Below are positions 21,694 to 30,258 of a stretch of DNA of 64,000 nucleotides, in pieces; the stretch's first letter is position 1; every line of letters begins with the position of its first letter. Origin of the DNA: Syntrophales bacterium (GTDB lineage Bacteria; Desulfobacterota; Syntrophia; Syntrophales; UBA2210); the NCBI GenBank assembly GCA_963662405.2, contig CAXXKT010000001.1, positions 1,056,001 to 1,120,000 of the forward strand, in the 5' to 3' direction. The position numbers and the translations under genes were made by a program. The notes beneath the pieces were generated by a model, which saw nothing but the letters and a program-made list of their open reading frames with translations, had not been told where the DNA came from and searched no databases.

Positions 21694-21883
21694 GGTCCCC
21701 TCCCCTTTCACGTGGTTTGCCGGCCGGGAAAGAATCAACCGACTGTTCAAAATATAAAACAGAACGAGGGGAATCTCAAGGATCTTTCTTGATCCGGCTC
21801 CCCGCGTAATGCATCAAAAACAGGCGGGAGTTGTCCGTAAATATCATTTGACTCCGCGCCTCTCCCGTGGCAAGAAATGGGTC

Positions 21884-22618
21884 ATGGATACCCTGGTGCG
21901 TATATCCAAAGTCATCTGGGTCGGATCCTGGGCGGGTCTCGCCACGCTTCTCGTCTTTCTCCCCATGGTGGTGGCCGCCTCGCTGAGTCCCACCGGTAAT
22001 CTCGCCTTTACGATCTCACGGGGGTGGGCGTGGGTCATGCTGCGGGTAACGGGGGTCCGGCTCGCGATCAGGGGGAGAGAAAATATCCGGCCGGGGCAAT
22101 CGTACATCATCATATCAAATCACCAGTCCCATTTTGACATCCTCGCCCTGGTCATACTGCTCGGGGTTCAGTTTCGCTGGATCATCAAAAAGGAGCTGCG
22201 CGCCGTTCCCCTCTTCGGGTTTGCCCTCTATAAATCACGGAATATCTTTATCGACCGGTCGGACCGCGACAAGGCGGTGCGGAGTATTACCGACGGCGTG
22301 CAGCGGCTCCCTGCCGGGGTCAGTGTCCTCTTCTTTGCGGAGGGGACGCGATCGCCCGATGGTCGGATTCAACCGTTCAAGAAAGGCGGTTTCACCACGG
22401 CCGTGGAGAGTGGTCTGCCCATTCTCCCGGTGACGGTCAACGGCAGCAGGAAGGTTCTGCCGAAGGGGACACTGGCGTTCATGCGGAGTCCCATAGAGGT
22501 CGTTGTCGGGGGCCCCATCAATACGGAAACGTATACGCATGACGCCCTTGAAACTCTGATCACGATCACCCGGGATGCCATAATTTCCAATTACAATCCC
22601 GCGTACCCCGAAGGATGA
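21884..22618 (+). CDS. 1-acyl-sn-glycerol-3-phosphate acyltransferase (PlsC family)
   Basis: NHQSHFD (HX4D), FIDRS, FAEGTRS, LPILPV. Confidence 0.9.
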   Translation: MDTLVRISKVIWVGSWAGLATLLVFLPMVVAASLSPTGNLAFTISRGWAWVMLRVTGVRLAIRGRENIRPGQSYIIISNHQSHFDILALVILLGVQFRWIIKKELRAVPLFGFALYKSRNIFIDRSDRDKAVRSITDGVQRLPAGVSVLFFAEGTRSPDGRIQPFKKGGFTTAVESGLPILPVTVNGSRKVLPKGTLAFMRSPIEVVVGGPINTETYTHDALETLITITRDAIISNYNPAYPEG

Positions 22619-24012
22619 ACACCATGGATGAGATCGAAAAATATGCCTACAAAATCGCAAAAAAGATACGGATCAGAATACCGGACGTCCCCGGTGCGCT
22701 GGGAAAGGTCGCAACGGAACTGGGAAAACACGGGGCCGTTCTGGGCGACATTACCAAGGTGCATCTGACATCTTACTACATCACGCGGGACGTCATCATC
22801 TTTTTCGATGATGACAGGCAGTTTTCGGATACAATGACCGCGCTGGAGGCCCTTAAAGGGTACAAGGTCATTTCCATCGAAGATGAGGCCCTGCGGATCC
22901 ACCGCGGCGGGAAGATCGCGGTTATGCCGACGGTGAAGGTGGAGACACTGAGCGATCTCCGGATGATCTATACCCCGGGGGTGGCCCAGGTGTGCAACCA
23001 TATCGTCGGACATCCCGAGGCCGCACGGGAATACACCTCTATCGGTAACTCCGTGTGCATCGCCACCAACGGTTCCGCGATCCTGGGTCTCGGCGACATC
23101 GGTGTCCGCGCCGGGATGCCCGTCATGGAGGGAAAATCGGTGATCCTTCACAAGATGGCTCACGTCAGCTGTGTCCCCCTGCTGGTGGACAGTGGCGATC
23201 CGGCGAGGATCGTCGATACCCTGGAGGCGGTGGCACCGACATTCAGCGTGATCATGATCGAGGATATCAGGGCACCCCTCTGTTTCGAGGTGGAACGGCG
23301 TCTCCAGGAACGGGTCGATATCCCGGTTTTCCACGATGACCAGCACGGAACGGCGACGGTGATCCTCGCCGCCCTCCTGAACGCCCTGAAGAGCACCGGC
23401 AGGCAGAAAGGACGGGTCAAGGTCGTCATCAGCGGCGCCGGGGCGGCGGGGATGGCCACCGCCAGGATGCTCCTGGCATATGGATTCCGGCATCTCGTCA
23501 TCTGCGACCGCGAGGGGGCCATCTGGCAGGGCAGACCGACCCACATGGATGCCTACAAACGTTCCATTGCCGAGATTACCAACCGGCATCGTGAAAAGGG
23601 ATCACTCCGTGATATCATCAGTGGAAAGGATGTCTTCATCGGCGTTTCGTCCTCAAACCTGGTGTCACCGGATATGGTGCGCAGCATGAAAAAGGACTCC
23701 ATCATTTTTGCCCTGGCCAACCCCTTTCCCGAGATACGCCCCGCCGATGCCCTGCAAGCGGGGGCGGCGGTAGCCCTGGACGGCAGGACGGTCAATAATG
23801 CCCTGGTCTTTCCGGGGATCATCCGGGGAACGCTCGACGCCGGGGCCTCGCGGATCACCTACCCCATGAAGTTCAAGGCAGCGGAGGCACTCGCCTCCCT
23901 GGCGGGCAGACACGATGTGGTCCCCGACTTCATGCATCCCCCGGTGCACAGAAAGATTGCCGATGCGGTGCGGGACGCGGCAGACGACGGAGAAGGCCCC
24001 ATCGCGGGTTGA
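22615..24012 (+). CDS. NAD(P)-dependent malic enzyme with N-terminal ACT-like domain
   Basis: DVPGALG ACT motif, YTPGVA, ILGLGDIG, PVMEGK, FHDDQHGTA, GAGAAG, ALANP, NNALVFPG. Confidence 0.92.
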   Translation: MNTMDEIEKYAYKIAKKIRIRIPDVPGALGKVATELGKHGAVLGDITKVHLTSYYITRDVIIFFDDDRQFSDTMTALEALKGYKVISIEDEALRIHRGGKIAVMPTVKVETLSDLRMIYTPGVAQVCNHIVGHPEAAREYTSIGNSVCIATNGSAILGLGDIGVRAGMPVMEGKSVILHKMAHVSCVPLLVDSGDPARIVDTLEAVAPTFSVIMIEDIRAPLCFEVERRLQERVDIPVFHDDQHGTATVILAALLNALKSTGRQKGRVKVVISGAGAAGMATARMLLAYGFRHLVICDREGAIWQGRPTHMDAYKRSIAEITNRHREKGSLRDIISGKDVFIGVSSSNLVSPDMVRSMKKDSIIFALANPFPEIRPADALQAGAAVALDGRTVNNALVFPGIIRGTLDAGASRITYPMKFKAAEALASLAGRHDVVPDFMHPPVHRKIADAVRDAADDGEGPIAG

Positions 24013-24052
24013 AGCGTGAAACCCCTCACCCCCCCGGATCTGTGCGCATGCA

Positions 24053-24742
24053 CTAAAATCCCTTGCGCTTGAGCCGTGCGTAGTAACTTGCCGACGTATA
24101 GACCGGAGCGAGGGGGTTGTGTCCTGCGACGCGGTCCTTCACCGCCAGGACGGTGGTCGGCGCATCGGCGTATCGAAAGAAGAGGGAATCGTGCCCGACA
24201 CAGAGGCCGAGGGCGATGTTGAAGTGGGTCCGCGCGTCGTTCAGGATCCGTGCCTGAAGTATGGGGTTGCACATCGATTCATGGCGACCGATGCGGATCT
24301 TCTCTGATTCTTTGATACCGATATCTTCTTTCGGAATAGACCCGACCTTGCATATCACCGATACAACGTCAAATCCTTGGGCTTCGAGGATTTCAACCAC
24401 GAGAGCCGCTTCCCGTGCCAGACCATCACAATAGGCAAGCCCGAGACGGGTATAGCCCATCTTGTGCGCGAATTCACAGATCTCCTGGATACGGGGCTTG
24501 GTGGGATGTGGGATGTAAGGCTGTTGATCCCTGTGGGCATAGCATTCACCTTCCTGTATGGAGGCCTGCCGCGCGAATTCACCGATCTCCTTTTTGCGGT
24601 ATTCCTCCCGGGCCTCCTCGGCAAGGGATCGTTTGTTGAGGGTCGGGCATCCCTTGATCCCCTTTCCTGTGGGGTTAAGACAGCTTTTCTCGCGAACTTG
24701 TAAGGTGCACGCAGCACAACGGGCAGTAGCGATTGTTTTCAT
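24053..24742 (-). CDS. DUF1847 family Cys-rich metal-binding protein
   Basis: GLAYCDGL, SVICKVG, MCNPILQA, GLCVGHDSLF, VKDRVAGHNP. Confidence 0.85.
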   Translation of the reverse strand: MKTIATARCAACTLQVREKSCLNPTGKGIKGCPTLNKRSLAEEAREEYRKKEIGEFARQASIQEGECYAHRDQQPYIPHPTKPRIQEICEFAHKMGYTRLGLAYCDGLAREAALVVEILEAQGFDVVSVICKVGSIPKEDIGIKESEKIRIGRHESMCNPILQARILNDARTHFNIALGLCVGHDSLFFRYADAPTTVLAVKDRVAGHNPLAPVYTSASYYARLKRKGF

Positions 24743-24953
24743 AGGCGGATACGACTCCCTTCCACGTTTTTGAGAGAGACTACATAAATTTCACCCATAC
24801 CGCAATGGCGGTTCAAACGATGATCTTTTGTTCGCCAATTGACAATCCTCTAAGGATCAAGTATCTCTATCCTCATTGTCCATTGGCTCACAGCGAAAGC
24901 TTTGTGTGCAGGCCGAGCACAAATAACAGCTTGTAAAAAAAGGAGAAGGAACA

Positions 24954-26496
24954 ATGATCAAAACGGTTGAACAGTATCTGGAGAGCTTGAATGACGGCAG
25001 GGAGGTGTGGTGCCTCGGGGAACGAGTTGCCGATGTCCGGACCCACCCGACGATCAGCACCATCATCAGGATGGCCGCTATGGACTATGTCCTGCCGAAC
25101 CATCCCGATTACCGGGATATCTTCGTGACACAGGACGAGGACGGTGAGGACATCAATTTTCTCCTCACCTCGCCGAAGTCCTCGGAAGACATGCTCCGAA
25201 GACGGGAGTGTTACATGGTCGGTATGCGATCGGGCGGGGGCGTCCTGGTGCACTGCATGGGTGCCGATGCGCTGGCCTCTTTCAGCGTGGCCGCCGAGGT
25301 GATGGACAAGAAACTGGGGACCGGGTACGTCGAGCGTGTCGAGCAGTACCGCCGGCATCTCCAGAAAAACGATCTTGCCCTGACCGGCGCCATTACCGAT
25401 GTGAAGGGTGACCGGAGCCTGCACCCCTCACAGCAGAAACAGCACCAGGACTTTTATCTGCGGGTCGTGGATCGTCAGAAGGATGGTATTATCGTTCGGG
25501 GGGCCAAGGTCCACATCAGCGCCTCTCCTTGCGCCAATGAACTCCTCTGTCTCCCCTGCCGGACCCATGGCGAGGCGGATCAGGATTATGCCCTTGCCTT
25601 TGCCGTTCCCGTCAATACCCCAGGGGTAAAGCTCCTGGCTGTGGAGCCGAATGTCCGCCTCTACGGCGAGGAATGCGAATTCGACTATCCTATGTCTGAC
25701 CACCTGCAGCCATCGGAATCGCTGGTTGTATTCGATGACGTATTCGTTCCCTGGGAACGGGTCTTCATGTGCGGTGAATGGCAGTACTCGCAGGTCCTGG
25801 GCCTATGCCTTTGCCAGCTATCACCGCCTCTTCGGCACTTGCAAGATGACGAGTACCCTCGAGACGATGACCGGCGCGGCGAGTCTGATCGCCGAATACA
25901 ACGGGGTCAGGAACGTGCCGCACGTGCGGAAGAAGCTGGCCTGGATGGCCTATATTACCGAAACGGTGCAGATGCTGGCCAAGCAGGCCTGTCTCGACCC
26001 GGTGACCGAGTTCGGCATGGACGTCATGATGCCCAACCGGATGGCCATCAACGCGTCGAAGTTCACCTATGCGAGCAACTTTCACCAGATGGTCCAGAAC
26101 ATGCAGGACATCGGGGGGGGGTTGACCACCACCGTGCCGGCCTTCCGGGATTGGAACAATCCAGAGCTGCAACCCTTTATCGAGAAATATCTGGGGGCGA
26201 AGGGTGATGTGTCGACGGAGGAACGGATCAGGATACTGCGTCTCATAAAGGATGTTACGGGAAACCACTGGGAGGTCGACACCATTCACGGCGAAGGTTC
26301 CATGGCCGCGCAGGAGATGTTCCTCTTCGGCAGCGCCAATTGGAGCAAACTCCACGCTGCGGCGCGGCGAGCAGCCCATATCGACGGGTGGCAGGATGAT
26401 TCCATTTATGGAAAGCTCCCTGTGCGGAGCGATTATGTCACCATGCCCGCTATCGATGAATCGTATGAGAGTATTGCTTCGACGGCTCAGAAGTAA
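24954..26496 (+). pseudogene. 4-hydroxybutyryl-CoA dehydratase / 4-hydroxyphenylacetate 3-hydroxylase family gene with a single frameshift
   Basis: N-half (YLESLNDGR, GAITDVKGDRS, IIVRGAKVHIS, VFDDVFVPWERVFMCGE) lies in ORF 24954; C-half (YHRLFGTCK, QDIGGG, YLGA, HGEGS) lies in ORF 25651. Removing one G at 25799-25801 (ctgGgcc) fuses them. Confidence 0.88.
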
Positions 26497-26505
26497 CGAT
26501 CCACA

Positions 26506-26539
26506 ACCCTGCCCGGGGGCACCTGCCCCGGGGCAGGGT
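26506..26539 (+). terminator. GC-rich hairpin just after the dehydratase-family gene
   Basis: ACCCTGCCCGGGG...CCCCGGGGCAGGGT; no strong U tract. Confidence 0.5.
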
Positions 26540-26600
26540 ACATCCAGATTATCTCCGGCGGTTCGCTCTATTTTTTATCGGATCCAGGGAGAAAAATGTC

Positions 26601-27235
26601 ATGATCAGGGCGATAGCACCGTATCTTGACGGCTTGAATGACGGGAGAGAGCTCTTCTGGTGTCCGGGAGAAAGGGGATCCGATGTCTTGGCTGCCTTTG
26701 CCGTTGCGGCCCAGGTCATGGACAAGGAACTGGAGACCGGGTATACGGGTCGTGTCAGGCAGTACCAGAAACCGCTCCGGGAAAAAGATCTGGCCATTAC
26801 GGCGCCATTACCGATGTGAAGGGGGATCGAAACCTCCATCCCTCGCAGCTGAAACAGCACCCGGATTACTCCCTTGCCAGCTATCATCGCCTCTTCAGTA
26901 CCTGCAGGATGATCGGAAAACTCGAAATCATCACGGGGGCGACAGCCCTCCTGGCCGAACACAACGGGGTGGAGCAGGTGAGTCCCGTCCGCAAGAAACT
27001 TGCGTGGATGGCCATCAATGCCGCGAAATACACCTATGCGAGCAATTTTTATCAGATGTGCCGGAACCTGCGGGATATCGCCGCGGTGCCGATCTTCCGA
27101 GGCTGGAGCGCCGAATGGCAGAAGTCCCGGCGACTGGGAGGAAGATCCGATATATGACATCCTCTCAACGCAAAAGGATCATCACGATCCTCCGATGCCC
27201 CCGGCCCTTCTCTCCGTCCCGGGGTTATTCAATGA
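26601..27235 (+). pseudogene. Heavily deleted paralog of the upstream dehydratase-family gene
   Basis: Colinear blocks YLDGLNDGRE / AVAAQVMDKELETGY / GAITDVKGDRNLHPSQ / ASYHRLFSTC / VRKKLAWMAINAAKYTYASNF / WEEDPIY spread across three frames. Confidence 0.85.
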
Positions 27236-27392
27236 TCGGGGGGAGGGATGCTTATTCGCCTTTCGCAGACCGACCGGGGACGGATTTTTCTCCCCAACAC
27301 GAAGATGGCAGCAGGTCATATCAGGTCCTGCGGAGGGATGACACGATTCATGCTGTCGAATGGGGATACCCGGTGAGTGGCCGAAATTGTCA

Positions 27393-27428
27393 TTGACTTA
27401 TCGCTCAAAGATTCCGTATACTACGGAA
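27393..27428 (+). promoter_or_regulatory. Candidate sigma70 promoter of the cytochrome operon with an overlapping inverted repeat
   Basis: TTGACT-N18-TATACT; TTCCGTA-tac-TACGGAA palindrome (27412-27428) spans the -10 box. Confidence 0.55.
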
Positions 27429-27494
27429 AACGTAACGTGCAGCGATTGTTACCTTTCTCCATCATCCGGTTGACCTTGTCCATAGGAGGCCGCC

Positions 27495-29519
27495 ATGAAG
27501 CCGAAGTTGGTATGTGGGGTAGCCGCAGTATTTCTTTCCATTGTCTTTTTCTGCTCCGTCACCGGAGCCGCCGTCTGGAACCACCGCGATGTAAAACTGA
27601 AAAACGAACGGGGAGAACAGATCGCGCCCGATCGGAACGGCGGTGATCCGTACAGTCCGCGCCGAACGTGCGGCGGTTGTCATCCCTATTCGACCATTAC
27701 CTCGGGGTTCCACTTCCAGCAGGGGTTTGACGCCATGAGCGACACCTACAACCCCTGGGAGCCGTGGATCCTGTCCCCGGGCATGTTCGGCAAGTGGTGA
27801 CCCCCCGCGAGCAGGTCTGGCCGTGTCGCCAGCAAAAACAACGATGACCCGAAGCAGATCGATCTGTCCACGTACGACTGGATCGGTGGCTATGGGAAAC
27901 TGAACCCCGCCAAGAAGATCAAATCGCCGTCCTGCGGCTGGTGCCATCCCGGCGGGGCCTCCATGGAATACGGGAGGAAGTGGGACGGTACCCCCGATTA
28001 TTCCATGAACCTTATCGAAGGGGAACGGCGTGCCGTGAACCCTCTCGACGGGGACTATTCGTCAAACCTGACTCCCGACGGCAAGAGTCATTTCAAGGAG
28101 AGCGGTGTCGTTGAGGCCGATTGTCTCCTCTGTCATATGAAGGGGTACAGTTTCGGCGCCCGTAATCAGCAGATCAACCGGAAGAACTATCGATGGGCCG
28201 CAACCGCCGGCGCCGGACTCGGAAATATCAAGGGCGCCATCTTCACCTTTGCCGACAAGGACGCGGGCCCGGGATCGAAGGAGTTTCTCACGGGGACCTG
28301 GAACTTTTCGGACCGTCCCGTCGTGAACTATAACTGGGACAATCGAAACCTCTTTACCCGTTCCGGTCGTCTGCGGGGTGAGGCGATAGCCAAAGAGGTC
28401 GAGACAAAGAGCTGTCTCCAGTGTCACCGGGGACCGGATGCGAAGAAGGTCGGCTGGGTCCATAAACCGGAATTCGATGCCCATTTCAAGGCGGGGCTTT
28501 GGTGCACCGACTGTCACAATCTGGTGGGAGAAACCGAAAAGGAGCGGTTGCACCATCAGATCGCCAAGGGGTGGCATCCCCTGGGGAGCGTGCGGAACGA
28601 TCTCGACGGTGTGGGGATGAAGACCTGCGCGGCGTGTCACCTGGAGGGGAAATACCGGGCCACCCGACCGGGGATGCCGGATGAGGCGAAAGATCCCACG
28701 AAGGTTCATGAGGAAAGATTCCCCGATGTCATGTTTCATTTCGATCTGATCAGCTGCGCCAATTGCCATTCCACGAGGCAACCGGCCATGTCGGGCTATC
28801 TCCTTGACATGGCGATGGGGAAACAGGTCTGGTACACGGCCGGGACACGGGAGGCCATCACCTGGAGTAATGATTTCGGTATCCTGACACCCGAACCCTG
28901 GGCCCCTTGGGTCACCCGGTATGACGCACGCAACGGTCTCGGAGAGCAGTACATCCCTGTTGTCCCCAAGATTGCCCAGTGGTTCGGCGAAAAGACGGAT
29001 CACATGGAGGTCCGGCCGATCATTCTGAAATATGTGAAAAAGGCGTACGGTGCGCTGAGCGCCCCCACTCTCGCGGCTGTCAAAGATGTCACCGGCAAGG
29101 CGGTCAAGCGCCCCACTATCGCGACGGATGCGCAGATCAAAGAGATGATCGAGTCACTTACAGAGATGGGGTTTCATAATGTGGTCTTCGTTTCCGATAA
29201 GATATACGAACTGAAGGACGGGACCGTGGTCTCCTACGAAGACCACCTCACGGCCCATCCCCATAACTTCCCCGTTCACCACAATATCGTCCCCATCGAC
29301 AGGGACGTGACATACGGATCGAGAGGAAAGCCTGACGGGTGTTACGACTGTCATTCCGATACGTCGACATTCTTCACCAGGATGCTGGTTCGAAATCCGG
29401 GGCGTTTCCTGGTTGAGGACTACCCGACCCCCAAAGAGCCGAATGCGGAGCCTCAGATGTATCAATGGGGGTTTAAAGAGGTGCCGATACCCGATGAAAT
29501 TACGGACGGCAAAAAATAG
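27495..29519 (+). CDS. Exported octaheme cytochrome c with in-frame TGA (putative selenocysteine at residue 102), 674 aa
   Basis: AGGAGG RBS and signal peptide. ORFs 27495-27800 and 27963-29519 are in frame and the 54 codons between them are open and contain CGWCH. Eight CxxCH motifs in total; SECIS-like hairpin follows the TGA. Confidence 0.85.
27815..27833 (+). promoter_or_regulatory. Candidate bacterial SECIS element
   Basis: G-(bulged T)-CTGGC-[CGTGTC]-GCCAG-C; the loop begins 21 nt after the TGA and has G-T at loop positions 2-3. Confidence 0.6.
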
Positions 29520-30258
29520 CGGCCTCTATCTGTGGCGATTTTCTCTGGCGGTTCTCTGTCTTCTCTTCGGTGTCCCCGCTGCTGTGGGCGCCGCGGAGGG
29601 AGACCCGGCCGTCATAACGGCGCGAGAGGCACATCGTATGATGCAGGAGCGGGGTGATATCACCTTCATCAATACCATGAGTGTCATCGAATGCCGGGAT
29701 CACCGGATTCCCGGATCGGTGTGCATCCCCTGCCCGAAATTCGAGGGGGAAATATCAAACATCGTGAAAGACAGGAATCGCCCCCTCGTTCTCTACTGTG
29801 CGAGTACCGGCTGCCATCGGAGTATGCATGCGGCCCGCACGGCCCTCGATCTCGGGTACCGGAATGTCTTTGTCCTTGAGGGTGGTCTGCCCGGATGGAA
29901 AGGGGCGGGTTTCTCGATTGAATACGAACGGCGGGTCCCCCGCACGGGGATCGCATCCATCAAACCGAAGGTGCTGAACCGGTGGGTAGCCGATAAAAGG
30001 GATATCCTGATTCTTGATATCCGGTCCCGGGATCTCTTCGACGCAGAGCATATCCCCGGGGCGGTCAATCGTCCCCTCGATGAACTTGAAGACACCTATC
30101 GGGAACTGCCGATGGACAAACGGATCATTGTGGTGGACGAACAGGGACATCGATCCTTCATCGCCGCATGCTATCTGTACGAGCGGGGGCTGGTGGATGT
30201 CCAACGTCTCTTCGGCGGGATGCAGGACTGGAGGTCCTTCATGAAAAGGGAGGAGTAG
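29494..30258 (+). CDS. Exported tandem-domain rhodanese (sulfurtransferase)
   Basis: Signal peptide (..AAVGA), HRIPGS, YCASTGCHRS active-site loop, LEGGLPGW; second domain has HIPGA and DEQGHRS (Cys replaced by Asp), LFGGMQDW. ATG at 29494 follows GAGGTG and overlaps the cytochrome 3' end. Confidence 0.88.
   Translation: MKLRTAKNSGLYLWRFSLAVLCLLFGVPAAVGAAEGDPAVITAREAHRMMQERGDITFINTMSVIECRDHRIPGSVCIPCPKFEGEISNIVKDRNRPLVLYCASTGCHRSMHAARTALDLGYRNVFVLEGGLPGWKGAGFSIEYERRVPRTGIASIKPKVLNRWVADKRDILILDIRSRDLFDAEHIPGAVNRPLDELEDTYRELPMDKRIIVVDEQGHRSFIAACYLYERGLVDVQRLFGGMQDWRSFMKREE

Noticed and set aside
27963..29519. Treating the 518-aa ORF as an independent hexaheme cytochrome and 27495-27800 as a small monoheme protein
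   Set aside because: The downstream ORF lacks a signal peptide and RBS, and the in-frame gap encodes a CxxCH; read-through explains all of this better.
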